From the NCBI GenBank assembly GCA_963696295.1, contig CAVOJR010000001.1:2428467-2492466 (forward strand): DNA of 64,000 nt, written 5' to 3'. A model generated the notes under the pieces. That model ran no database searches. It saw nothing but the letters and a program-made list of their open reading frames with translations, and was not told where the DNA came from. Position 1 is the first letter of the stretch, and each line of letters begins with the position of its first letter. Shown piece by piece: positions 9,562 to 19,258 of this stretch. A program made the translations under genes and the position numbers. The stretch comes from an uncultured Chlamydiae bacterium (GTDB lineage: Bacteria > Chlamydiota > Chlamydiia > Chlamydiales > JAJFMB01).

Positions 9562-9770
9562 ACATTTAGGCCGGATCCCATTTCAATAAGAGGCCTTGTC
9601 GTTAAAGGCTTTGCGATAGACCCAAGGGTCGCTGTTTTCCCGCATCAGCCGGTAGCAGCCCATGGAGAAGCCGGTAAAAAAGCCGTACTTTCGCATGGCA
9701 TTCAGTGTGTAGACGGAACGTGAAGGGGTGAAATTGCTGCGGGGGCCGTCGGCCTGCGAGATGACATTTC
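9562..9770 (-). other. Unidentified C-terminal gene fragment (ends ..SDPWVYRKAFNDKASY-stop), probably part of the same decayed mobile-element scar
   Basis: The reverse-strand frame reads NFTPSRSVYTLNAMRKYGFFTGFSMGCYRLMRENSDPWVYRKAFNDKASY with no start. It is GC-richer than its surroundings. Confidence 0.2.
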
Positions 9771-9771
9771 T

Positions 9772-10000
9772 GTGAAACTCGATCAGGAAGTCTCCGAGTC
9801 ACATCAAGCAAGCTTTAAGGGGAGAGTTGCTCTCGCAGCTCTTAAGGAGAACAAGACCCTTTCCGATTTGTCTCAGGAATTTAAAATTTACCCGGCTCAG
9901 ATTACAAAGTGGAAGTCTCAAGCCGTTCAAAATATTTCACAAATATTTGAGGATGGGCGCAAGAAAAGATCAACTCCTGATGTGGATATAGAGGCATTTA
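9772..10000 (+). mobile_element. IS3-family transposase OrfA (HTH) remnant; no intact orfB
   Basis: RVALAALKENKTLSDLSQEFKIYPAQITKWKSQAVQ matches the conserved IS3 OrfA HTH region (..VALEALKGEKTLSELA..HPNQI..WKKQ..). The frame opens just after a stop (GTG start only) and degenerates after ~75 codons. No DDE domain follows. Confidence 0.6.
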
Positions 10001-10614
10001 TATGCCTTGTTGGCGAAAGGTGGCCCTGTGCCCAGCGATCATGGCTGGAAAGTATATTCGATTCTCATTTTACTTTTTGACATGCCTATCAACAGCAAAA
10101 GATTTCGCGCGCACGGGTGCTGTTTTAGGAAGCTTCGCGTGGTAAAAAGCCATATTGGTTCTGAAGTTGAGAAGGGGGGAAAGAGACTTCGTCCCTCTCC
10201 CTATAAAAAAGCTTTCCCATTTGAATGTTTGAAAAATTTGTCTTGTAAAATAAATACAGGACGTACTAGACTATCGGCAGTCCCAGGGCTGCCACTACAA
10301 AATGAAGATAAAGAGACAAAAGGTAATTGTCTTAATCAGGCAAGACTGATTGTCTACACAAAAAAACGGAGAAGACTTAGCACAGAAAATTACTTATTCC
10401 CCCGGTTTTTCTGTCCAATATTTGTCGGCAGCGCACTTTAACAAAAAAAGACTCTGCAAATCTGTACACGATGGCTTCCGAAGCTTCATCAGGGTATCAC
10501 AAAAGGATACGAAGTTAAGCATGGGAACGTGTTCTTTATAAAAAATTAATAATTGTTTGATATAAGATTTCAATTTACGGTCGTATTACAAATAAACATT
10601 TAAGGATTAAAAAT

Positions 10615-11712
10615 ATGAATATTTCCAACGATAATTTAACGATAAAACTTTTCATTATTGAAAAAAATAAAATTGATGATAAAATTTTAGAAACACGCCG
10701 TTTCAACATCGCTTCTTCAGTAACCTATGAGATTTTCAAAAATATGCTTAATGTGTACTGCAAGGATGCAAAAGTTTCGGATAAATTCGTTTTCAAATAC
10801 ATCGATAGTGAAAATGACGAAATCACGGTCGATAGGGAAGAAGATTTTAAGATGATGATGGAATATCGAAAAACAAAAAACACTATTCAAGCCAAAATTT
10901 ATACTTTTCCACTTACTCGTGATCTTCCTAATAGTATGCCTATTGCAGCAACAACAGTGAAGCCTTCAATTAATTCCAAATCTAATACCTCTCCTTCAGC
11001 TCCAATACCTTGCGCTGTTGCCAACAAAGCAGATCCAATTCCTTTTGAGAAAAAAAACACCCAAGAAGAAGGCAGTATTGCCAATGGAAATACCAAGCAA
11101 TACAATTGCGTCATCATCAAAAACAGCGTCGAGACTCCCCCAGAAACACTGTTGCCAAATCAGCAATTCAAACACACTTGGCGTGTCAAAAATCAGTGGA
11201 CTCGTTCTTGGGACCCCTCCTGTCATCTTGTGTTTGTTGGCGGCAAGAATGGCAAGCAAATAATACCGGATCTTATCTTGAAGAAGAATATTTTTGATCA
11301 TAAAATTTCTCCGCAAGAAGAGGTGGATGTGAGTGTAGATTGTGTTGCTCCTGGCCAAGAGGGCAATTATTTCGGTTGCTGGAAATTAATATCTGAAGAT
11401 GGTCATACATTTGGTCCAATGCTTCAAATAACAGTCAAAGTCAGCAACTCGAATTCAAATATTACTCCCACATTTATTGAACAACATCGCGATGTGTGGA
11501 TCGATGAGCTCAAAAGGTTGAGCGATTTAGGATTTAGAGATAAAAACAATGATAGAATGTACCGCGATTTGCTTTTCCAAAATGATGGAAAAATCGAGAA
11601 TGTCATTGCTAAATTGCGCCAGGAGAATGTAGTAAATAAAATTAAGGAAAACGATTTTAAAAGTAGAGTTCGCAATGCTAAAGGATTCCTAAAAAAGGAA
11701 GATGGAATATAA
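10615..11712 (+). CDS. NBR1-like protein: N-terminal PB1 domain, NBR1-type FW (four-tryptophan) domain, C-terminal UBA-like domain
   Basis: PB1: IKLFII..K..RRF...FKYIDSENDEITVDREEDFKMMMEY closely parallels the NBR1 PB1 OPCA region (IKYLDEENEEVSINSQGEYEEALKMA). FW: FKHTWRVKNQWTRSWDPSCHLVFVGGKNG...SPQEEVDVSVDCVAPGQEGNYFGCWKLISEDGHTFGPMLQITVKV. UBA-like: LKRLSDLGFRDKNNDRMYRDLLFQNDGKIENVIAKL. Length is 365 aa. Confidence 0.75.
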   Translation: MNISNDNLTIKLFIIEKNKIDDKILETRRFNIASSVTYEIFKNMLNVYCKDAKVSDKFVFKYIDSENDEITVDREEDFKMMMEYRKTKNTIQAKIYTFPLTRDLPNSMPIAATTVKPSINSKSNTSPSAPIPCAVANKADPIPFEKKNTQEEGSIANGNTKQYNCVIIKNSVETPPETLLPNQQFKHTWRVKNQWTRSWDPSCHLVFVGGKNGKQIIPDLILKKNIFDHKISPQEEVDVSVDCVAPGQEGNYFGCWKLISEDGHTFGPMLQITVKVSNSNSNITPTFIEQHRDVWIDELKRLSDLGFRDKNNDRMYRDLLFQNDGKIENVIAKLRQENVVNKIKENDFKSRVRNAKGFLKKEDGI

Positions 11713-11854
11713 TCGCGAACTCAAATCAAACGAGAATCCAAACAGCCAATGCAAATGGGGGCATCGAAGATCTAGACTATTTGCTGAATACGGATATAGT
11801 GGGAATGTCGTCCACAATTTGCTCATGGAAAACAAAGGATAGGAAGAACAAGCA

Positions 11855-11895
11855 GGGAAGCGACCCCTTAAGGGAAAGGTCGCTTCCCTGTTTGG
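11855..11895 (+). terminator. Rho-independent-terminator-like hairpin (11-bp GC-rich stem, 12-nt loop) followed by TGTTT
   Basis: GGGAAGCGACC-ccttaagggaaa-GGTCGCTTCCC tgtttgg is a perfect inverted repeat lying downstream of the 10615-11712 gene. Confidence 0.4.
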
Positions 11896-12049
11896 CCAAG
11901 CCGTCAAGTTTTGGTCGGATATGTCTCAACTTTCACAAAAACTGTAGAGATTGGGCTTTCATTGAAAGATATGTGTATTAATATTTTTTACATCAGTAAC
12001 AGCTTTGAGTTTAAACTCAGGTGAAAATTATCGTCTTTTCCTTGTCAGC

Positions 12050-12395
12050 CCGGGGAAGGGGTAGGGGCCGCAATGCTCATGCCAAAGCACATCGCTTTGA
12101 CTTTGGGCGCAAATGAAAAAGTCCCTTTTTTGCTGCTCATTGAAGGCAAGCAGCCACATTCCATCGGCCGTATAGACCGGCTGCCCTAATGCCAAAGAAG
12201 AGATGTCGAGAAGTTCTTGCGTTTCTTGCAGCGCTTGGCTTGTTCGCCGGCATACGGATGGACAAGGCCGGCCGCGATCCCGGAGGCTCCGCCTCCAATG
12301 CCTTTAGCATCTTAGAGAGTGATGTGATGGCGGCCGGCTAGGTGCCATGCAGTGGCAAGACCCGCAAAGCCAGCTCCGACAATAGCGATTTTCAT
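12050..12395 (-). pseudogene. FAD-dependent oxidoreductase N-terminal fragment (Rossmann GxGxxG) interrupted by stops
   Basis: The reverse strand from 12395 reads MKIAIVGAGFAGLATAWHLAGRHHITL*..GIGGGASGIAAGLVHPYAGEQAKR. That is a dinucleotide-binding motif followed by in-frame stops and frameshifts. It is GC-rich relative to its flanks. Confidence 0.55.
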
Positions 12396-12536
12396 AAAAA
12401 TTAGGGTGTTTGCTCAAAAATTACGACTCTATAAGTCAATAAAAAATAGAAATGTGGATTTTATTAACAATTTGTTTAGTTGACAAATAAATAAATGCGT
12501 GTATAATTACATTTTAATTAAAATTGAGTTTTTTTT

Positions 12537-13490
12537 GTGTCAAGCGTAAATAATTATGAAATTAAAATGGGAAGTTATTTTGAAGATGACCGGTTGCTCG
12601 TTTCGAGTTTAAACAAACCAGTCGATATACGCTGTTATACGGAGAAAAATCTATATCAAAAAAATAAAGTATTAGTTTTACGTATATTGGGTAAAATTGA
12701 AAGTGTTACAATCGGTGATCGTTCTATTTATCTGAATAAAAATAATGTGGAAGAATTTTTTCCAGATGAAACTTGCGACATTAAGGAAATAATAAGTAAA
12801 TATTTGAATAAAGCGCCAGCCAAGGAAGAAGATCTGACAGTCCCAAACGCTCCACTTTTCAATATTATTTCACATAATGTCGTACCCAATGAAGGCCATG
12901 CTTTTGAGAACATTAAATTGTCTCAAAATGATACATTGACCCTTTACGGAACTTTGTCCTCAAGCCATATATCAGATCTTTCAAAATCCCCCCAATACGC
13001 CAAAGGTTCAGAGAATTTTCGCCTTATTAAGGCTGCTGAAGTTAAAGTAAAATTAGATAAAGATCCAAATAATGCCGCATTGTTGAGAGCCTATCAATAT
13101 GCTCTTCAAGTAGAAAGGTTACAACTGCCGATTTTGGCTGGAATATCGGGAACTTTAGATCAATCTACCGCTATGGCCGGCCTGGTTGGAATCGGATTGG
13201 ACAAGAAGCAGGAGCTTAAGGATATTCGCCTGGCTTTTCTTGGGTTTATGGTAGACTCTAGGGATCATTCTGTGCATGAAATTCTGCAATCCTCTCGCAG
13301 CTACGGGATGGCATATACGCCAGGACCTGGGTTTGAGAAGGATATCTATAACTCATTATTTGCCAATCAAGTTAAGAATTATTTAAAAGGTACCCTCAAA
13401 TCTAAAATGCCAGATAAGTGCCTTTCTAAAGAATTTGTCAAGGAATTGCAGATGAAAGTTATGCATGAGCAAAATGCTTTTGAAGATTGA
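12537..13490 (+). CDS. Hypothetical protein (317 aa), AT-rich, no recognised domain
   Basis: A TTGACA-16-TATAAT promoter at 12481-12508 lies just upstream. The ORF uses a non-ATG (GTG) start in the track, with an internal Met 10 codons in. It is hydrophilic and may be an effector. Confidence 0.45.
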   Translation: MSSVNNYEIKMGSYFEDDRLLVSSLNKPVDIRCYTEKNLYQKNKVLVLRILGKIESVTIGDRSIYLNKNNVEEFFPDETCDIKEIISKYLNKAPAKEEDLTVPNAPLFNIISHNVVPNEGHAFENIKLSQNDTLTLYGTLSSSHISDLSKSPQYAKGSENFRLIKAAEVKVKLDKDPNNAALLRAYQYALQVERLQLPILAGISGTLDQSTAMAGLVGIGLDKKQELKDIRLAFLGFMVDSRDHSVHEILQSSRSYGMAYTPGPGFEKDIYNSLFANQVKNYLKGTLKSKMPDKCLSKEFVKELQMKVMHEQNAFED

Positions 13491-13564
13491 ACGAGGCCGA
13501 AACTCGCCGAAGAGGTGAATAAGGCTATTTTTTATGTTATACCATTATAAAGGAAGTAAATAAT

Positions 13565-14905
13565 ATGTCTTTTGATAATAATACTAAGTTAATAATAACT
13601 AATTCAAGTGTATCTAATAGTAATTTTATAAAATTAGATGAGACTAATAATTTAAATAGTACTCAATCAAAAACTGATGATGCATTTAATGCCAAGAATG
13701 AGTCAACAAAGGCAAATCGCGAAGCAGCCCTTCACAAGGTACAAACTCCTAACATCAGAAATGGCACAATCCGGATAAACATAAATACACTTACGCAAGC
13801 AGTAGAAGATCTCTCTATAGCCAAGTCAAAAAAGGAAGAGTATGCAGAGCGAGTGGAAAATGTAAGAAAATTCTTCTCTTCGCAAACAACATTAACTAGC
13901 GAGATGTTTGATGAGGCATTAAAATTAAAAGCAGAGTTGTCGGATTTACAACGCAGTGATTCCGATTATAAAAAAATGCTAAAATCCCTTTTCAAGCCCT
14001 CTTTGACTAATTTAGAGCATTTGCAATTCCCTAGCGGACTTTCTTTAGCTGAGATGCAAAGTTTTGTTTTAAAGACGACCGATAAGCTTGCTGGTTTGGA
14101 TTTTTCTCAGGTCTCATTACCTGATGATGACCCCGATAGCATTGAAGACTTTTTCATCGATATTTCGGATCATTGCAATCTGACTTCTTTGAATTTAGAC
14201 AATCAAAATGAAATTGATCCCGATACCCTAGTGGAGATGACGGAAAATCTCCCTAATCTTGTCTATCTCAATTTGAATCATTGGGATAACGAACTCTCTA
14301 CAGATCATATTATTGAATTTTCAAGTAATTTGCCGAATCTTGAAATGCTCTATATCAAACATTTCGACGCCAGCAAGATATCCATTGATGTTTTAAAACC
14401 ATTATCAGAAAATTGCTTGAAACTACAAGAACTTTGCATTGATTTCGAAGACTCAGTAACAAAAACAGAACTGGACTACTTGAGTAATCTTCCTCTTGAA
14501 GTATTAGATTTGAACAACTACGAAAATATCACTTCCGTTGATATTGTTAAATTGGTTCATGATCACCCCAATCTGATAGAACTTTCTTTAGCAGGATGCC
14601 CGAATATCGATGAAAATGCTCTTAAAGCTATTGCTACTCTAAGAAATCTTAAAAAACTCGATTTGACCATCGCTACTATTAAAGATCCTGATGGGCTTAT
14701 TAATGTTGTCAAAGCCTGCAAAGAAAATCTAAACGAACTTATTCTCTTGGATAGCAAGGTGAAGGGTTCTAAGGATATCGTAATGCAATTAAAAGAAATA
14801 AATCCAAATTTATATATAGAGGAACCTCTTGCATCAGAATACGGAGAAACAGATGACGTAGATGAAGATATGGAGGAAGACGTAAAGTTTGAGGACGCAA
14901 ATTAA
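13565..14905 (+). CDS. Leucine-rich-repeat protein with Asn/Ser-rich N-terminal region and acidic C-terminal tail
   Basis: C-terminal LRRs: LPNLVYLNLNHWDN, LPNLEMLYIKHF, LSNLPLEVLDLNNYENITS, HPNLIELSLAGCPNIDE, LRNLKKLDLT. The N-terminus is low-complexity (NSSVSNSNFIKLDETNNLNST) and the tail is acidic (ETDDVDEDMEEDVKFED). Confidence 0.7.
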   Translation: MSFDNNTKLIITNSSVSNSNFIKLDETNNLNSTQSKTDDAFNAKNESTKANREAALHKVQTPNIRNGTIRININTLTQAVEDLSIAKSKKEEYAERVENVRKFFSSQTTLTSEMFDEALKLKAELSDLQRSDSDYKKMLKSLFKPSLTNLEHLQFPSGLSLAEMQSFVLKTTDKLAGLDFSQVSLPDDDPDSIEDFFIDISDHCNLTSLNLDNQNEIDPDTLVEMTENLPNLVYLNLNHWDNELSTDHIIEFSSNLPNLEMLYIKHFDASKISIDVLKPLSENCLKLQELCIDFEDSVTKTELDYLSNLPLEVLDLNNYENITSVDIVKLVHDHPNLIELSLAGCPNIDENALKAIATLRNLKKLDLTIATIKDPDGLINVVKACKENLNELILLDSKVKGSKDIVMQLKEINPNLYIEEPLASEYGETDDVDEDMEEDVKFEDAN

Positions 14906-14975
14906 ATAGACCCTCACGCAAAAGTTGTCCCAGGCTCTTGAGGTCTTGGGACAACTTTCCCTAGCTAAGAAATAA

Positions 14976-15230
14976 TTGTTTTTCTCATTTTTGGGAAACA
15001 TTCTTAATAAAATAAACGCCGCACAAAAGTCATCATATGTTCCTATTGTGCGGAGTTGCCGTGGAAGATGTTTTTGTTGGAAGAAAAGAAGAACTATCCC
15101 TACTTTCTGCTCTAAATCTTTAAGTTTAGTGGTTTTTAGAGGGAGAAGAAGGATAGGTAAAAGTCGCTTAATTGAGGGATTCTCTGAAAAAAATTCCCGT
15201 CAATGGAAAAGTATCCATTGAAACGCTTAA
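14976..15230 (+). pseudogene. N-terminal fragment of an archaeal-type P-loop ATPase (Arch_ATPase/DUF234-like), frameshifted
   Basis: VVFRGRRRIGKSRLIEGF resembles the G-R-R-R-x-G-K-[TS] Walker A region of that family. The upstream frame is broken and there is no continuation downstream. Confidence 0.3.
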
Positions 15231-15257
15231 AACGCAATTCGGAGACCAGTTGAGGGT

Positions 15258-15515
15258 TTACCAGGACAAAAGAGGGGAACCTCTTTGTGCAGCGCCCCGC
15301 GCGCGCCGAATATGCGCAAGGTAATGGGTTTTGGCTAGCTCGGGCATATTTTTACAGAAAGTAAGCTGGATGTCTAACGCTTTCTGATGAAGCTTTTTGG
15401 CTTCTACGAGATTTTTTTGAGCTTTTTGAATATCGCCAAGGCCATTATAGCTTCTTGCCGCATCGGGGTGCTTTTCTCCACAGGCTCTTTGAGTGTTCCG
15501 ATTGGAGCGGCACAC
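15258..15515 (-). pseudogene. TPR-repeat (kinesin-light-chain-type TPR_10/12) protein remnant
   Basis: GEKHPDAARSYNGLGDIQKAQKNLVEAKKLHQKALDI matches the HPD[VT]A.S.NNLA.....G.Y.EA..L...AL.I TPR consensus. It is only 85 aa and lacks a proper start or context. Confidence 0.45.
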
Positions 15516-16126
15516 CCGTTAACCTGGAACCGGAAAAATGCGCAGGACTTCATTTCTATTCCATACACCATTTACCTGAGAATCTCATCCCTTACATTCA
15601 AAAGTCGCTCCATGAGATTTATCTCCACAAGAACTGCTACTCTGAGGAAGGATGGTGAGCGGGATTGCTTTTAAAGCAATAGATTTAGTCATTCGATAAA
15701 TCCATTGGGCCGATTCTTCAGAGGAAAGCAGCTCGTTTTTCGGCGCAATTTCCACCCTGTCAACGCCAGCCTGAAATCCTAAATTTTTTAAGTTTCTTGT
15801 TTTTTCGGTTCGACAGGGGACTGGGTTTAAGGGGCCGGAAGGAAATGCGCCGTGAAAGAACCGCCGCTCCCTTCTCGGTTTCTGAAAATTTGATAGCTGT
15901 CTTGATTGATTTGACAGCGGATATTTACAACTGCATCGTTATTCATAAAAAAACCTGCATAATTTGATTATAATCAAAGTCTAGTAAATCGGGTAGTACA
16001 AGAAAAGGCCTCATATTATCTTTATGAAGTCTTAAAAATATTAATAATTTGTTAACATAGTTAATAAAATTTGACTAAGTTTTTAGTAAAAAGTATAATT
16101 AAAATAAAACATATAAGGTGGTTAAT

Positions 16127-18604
16127 ATGGCAAACGTTGCTAACTTTACTAATAATTTTGATGTAAACATTATCGCGATCCATTGCGATGAATTAGCGAA
16201 ATTCAATGATCCGATTACAAAAAATGAACTAACGACAGAACAAAGGTTAATGTTAGGTCAAATCCTTCAAGATGCCTGGAAGGGAGGTAACCCTCAAACT
16301 CGAACTTCAGATGAATTCAAACAATTTATTGGAAAAGAATATGAGCAAATGGTTCGCAATAATGTTGTGGTTATTACAGACAGACATATCGTCTATGGCG
16401 GAACGACACTGACAAAAGTGAATGCTGCGAGAAATAGGTTTGAACAAATTGGAACAGCATCGCCGATTACTCGCAGCCAGCTGCTAGCCCCAAAAAGCCA
16501 TACAACAGAAGAGAGGGAGACTTTAGCACCTCAACCTTGGACCCTTGGGAAAAATAATCCGTTGATGCAAGGATCACCCGTTGAAATCAAACAAGCGGTA
16601 ACAAAATACCATGATGAGGCTCCAAAGAAAGTCTATGCACCCCTACTTCCGAAAATCTCAAAGTTTAGTGAAGATTTTTACAAATCTAAGAATCCTAAAG
16701 ATGTTGATAGAAAAATATTAGATATTGAGAAACAGGAAAAAATTATTATTCACGATATGCGCAATCCTAATGGGGAGTGGAAAGCTAATGAAAGGAACGG
16801 CGTTATCAATTATCAAATGTGGCCCATGAGAATGCGTGAATTTTTCGGTGTTTATCAAGATACCTATCCTATGAAACTTAGGGATATAAACGCAGACAAC
16901 CCGCAAAAGTTTGTAAAGGTCAGAGAGCATATTAAAGCAGAAATGAAAGAGTTGATCGCTCAGCACATCGCGGAGCCGAAAACGAGAGAGAAGACCCTGG
17001 AGATGCTAGAAAAATTTATGGACAGATATGAAGGTTGTCATTTTGATCTCGCTAATGGTTTAAGCGCCGTTGAAATTTATACTTTTTACCGCACTATCGG
17101 CATGTATATGATTTGGCAAACTGTCACCGACCATAGAACGATGCCGGGTTCCATCCATGATATCAACCACTCCCACGCCAATGACACCCACGCTGATGAA
17201 TGTGCAGATGGATTGCATGAAGAGGATAAAGCGCCGGCGCTTGATTTTCTCATGACATTTACCAATCTCTTTCACGATATGGCCTATATCGAGCCGGCTG
17301 CAGTGAATCATGAAAGTTGGTTTCATGTGGCAGGGGATCACCCCATGCACTCTGCGCTCAGTCTTTACCAGAATCGCAATTTTTTTGAAAAATTCATTCC
17401 TGCGAAGCTCTTAGAGCTTTCGGAGGATACGATCGCCACCCATGGACTGCCGACAGGGCGCGGCGCCACCGTCGGTGAATTTAACCACGAAAAAGATGAG
17501 TTTGGCATCAACAGACGCCATTTCATGCATGTCTTCAGAGCCTGTGACGAATGCGCGACAAGTTATAAAGAGAAATCATGCCGTGTGATGAAAGTGCCCA
17601 AGGTTCTGTCCAACATCTTGCGCACCCAAATCTATCGCACCCACCTCGCTGGCAAAAATGAGGATAGATTTGCAGAACAAAATAACTTATACCATATCGA
17701 GCGCATCAATAATGAAGTGAAGACATCGATCAAGCAAGCTGTCTTTTCTGAGGGGGTAATGAGCACTTCAGAATTTTCCGAAGTGCAGGCAGAGGCCATA
17801 AATTCTGCTATTGAACAACAATATAGTGCGACGACACAAAAGACCGCGCTGGAGCAGATCGGCGGTGACCTCAGCCACCTAGAATTAGAGTATACGGGGG
17901 CATTTCTTGGAGATTCCCAGAAGTACCGGATTAAAGCATTCATGAACCTTTGCCACACTACCGGGATGATAGTCGGCTTAAGCCCTGCGGGTGTTAAAGA
18001 CACGCCCGTCTTTTGGAACTCGATTGGCAAATTCTACAAGGATGTGGGGGGCGATACTAAGGCTTTGGAGGCCAACATGCGGCAAATGCGGCGCGATATC
18101 ATCGAAGGTAATGCACCCGCCCCTGTTGTCTGCAGAGGCGAGTTTGGGGACGTCGTCGTAGAGCCGGAGTTTGTTGAGTTGGATAAGGAACTAAGCGAAA
18201 TTTTCCACTTTCTTGAGTACCACTCCCTCCTGCCCGCCATTGGAGACATGGAGTTCGACCTCACGCAGGAAGCGAACAAATTAGCGGCAAAGCCTAACGA
18301 CCTCATTAAAGCAAAGCCTCCTCATGCCGACGGGGCTCCGATTACTATTGTAAACCTGATTGAGGGTTCATTCGAGAAAAATATCACAAATCATATGCGG
18401 AGGATTGGATTTAAGGATCAGGAAAAGATTGATAAATTGAATGAAGTCAAAGAAAAGTATTTGACTATATTAGACACATCCCCTCGATTGACTGGCAAGC
18501 AAGCTAGTGATTTACTTACAAATTATATGAAAGAAATTCGCACAGTGGATGTCATGACCAAAGAGGAAGCGGAGTTTGTCCGTTCTGGGAAAATAACCAA
18601 ATAG
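16127..18604 (+). CDS. Large hypothetical protein (about 825 aa) with a His/Asp-rich segment reminiscent of an HD-domain metal site
   Basis: A TTGACT-17-TATAAT promoter at 16071-16099 and an AAGGTGG RBS precede the ATG at 16127 (the track begins at an upstream GTG at 16118). The segment is INHSHANDTHADECADGLHEED...LFHDMAYIE (H..H..~30 aa..HD). No other recognised domain. Confidence 0.5.
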   Translation: MANVANFTNNFDVNIIAIHCDELAKFNDPITKNELTTEQRLMLGQILQDAWKGGNPQTRTSDEFKQFIGKEYEQMVRNNVVVITDRHIVYGGTTLTKVNAARNRFEQIGTASPITRSQLLAPKSHTTEERETLAPQPWTLGKNNPLMQGSPVEIKQAVTKYHDEAPKKVYAPLLPKISKFSEDFYKSKNPKDVDRKILDIEKQEKIIIHDMRNPNGEWKANERNGVINYQMWPMRMREFFGVYQDTYPMKLRDINADNPQKFVKVREHIKAEMKELIAQHIAEPKTREKTLEMLEKFMDRYEGCHFDLANGLSAVEIYTFYRTIGMYMIWQTVTDHRTMPGSIHDINHSHANDTHADECADGLHEEDKAPALDFLMTFTNLFHDMAYIEPAAVNHESWFHVAGDHPMHSALSLYQNRNFFEKFIPAKLLELSEDTIATHGLPTGRGATVGEFNHEKDEFGINRRHFMHVFRACDECATSYKEKSCRVMKVPKVLSNILRTQIYRTHLAGKNEDRFAEQNNLYHIERINNEVKTSIKQAVFSEGVMSTSEFSEVQAEAINSAIEQQYSATTQKTALEQIGGDLSHLELEYTGAFLGDSQKYRIKAFMNLCHTTGMIVGLSPAGVKDTPVFWNSIGKFYKDVGGDTKALEANMRQMRRDIIEGNAPAPVVCRGEFGDVVVEPEFVELDKELSEIFHFLEYHSLLPAIGDMEFDLTQEANKLAAKPNDLIKAKPPHADGAPITIVNLIEGSFEKNITNHMRRIGFKDQEKIDKLNEVKEKYLTILDTSPRLTGKQASDLLTNYMKEIRTVDVMTKEEAEFVRSGKITK

Positions 18605-18607
18605 TTG

Positions 18608-19141
18608 CTATTTGTACCAGTCAGGATAAAAATCTTCGCATACGATGACGAAGGAAGGGGTAAGTGAAGATAAACGTTTTTCTTGGTTTTTAACGTGATT
18701 TTCAATCAAACGCTTGGCAATTTCCCATCTCGCTTGCGCATCTTTGGACTCTACGGTTTCATTGTGCAGATTCTTTTGCTTTAATGAATCGATCTCAATA
18801 TCTAACGCCTTAATATATAGAGCTGTAATTGTTTTGAAGAGACCATTTGTAAAACCGGCGAGTTTGGCGTAATAGGCGAAATATTCCTTTTCGTTGCTCC
18901 TTTCAGGGATTTTTGTAGAAGTTATCTCATCCGCTTGAGTTGTGATGAGTGTGATTCTTTGCTGCCAGTCGTCAGGGTATTCCTTTTTCCAGCAGTCTAT
19001 GAGAAAAGCCAGTGAGCCGAGTACAAGTTTTTGAAATCTACTATCGACTTCCTCTTTAATATCAGGGATCCGATAAAGAGATGTTTGCAACGAGTTCAAC
19101 ATCTTATACTCTTCAGCATATCTTGTTGTTTCCATAATCAT
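18608..19141 (-). CDS. Hypothetical protein (177 aa)
   Basis: The ORF is intact. It has a decayed tandem paralogous copy immediately upstream. Confidence 0.5.
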   Translation of the reverse strand: MIMETTRYAEEYKMLNSLQTSLYRIPDIKEEVDSRFQKLVLGSLAFLIDCWKKEYPDDWQQRITLITTQADEITSTKIPERSNEKEYFAYYAKLAGFTNGLFKTITALYIKALDIEIDSLKQKNLHNETVESKDAQARWEIAKRLIENHVKNQEKRLSSLTPSFVIVCEDFYPDWYK

Positions 19142-19258
19142 CTCCTAATTAATAAAGATATACTATACTTAAAAATGTATTAAGTGTCAAAATGAATTTC
19201 GGAAAATATGATAATTAAAATTTTATATATATGAAACAAGCAAGCGACTAAATTCACA

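Noticed and set aside
9602-9811. 69-aa minus-strand ORF near the IS remnant
   Set aside because: Arg/Pro-rich translation of GC-rich scar DNA. The adjacent alternate frame (the ..YRKAFNDKASY tail) is more protein-like.
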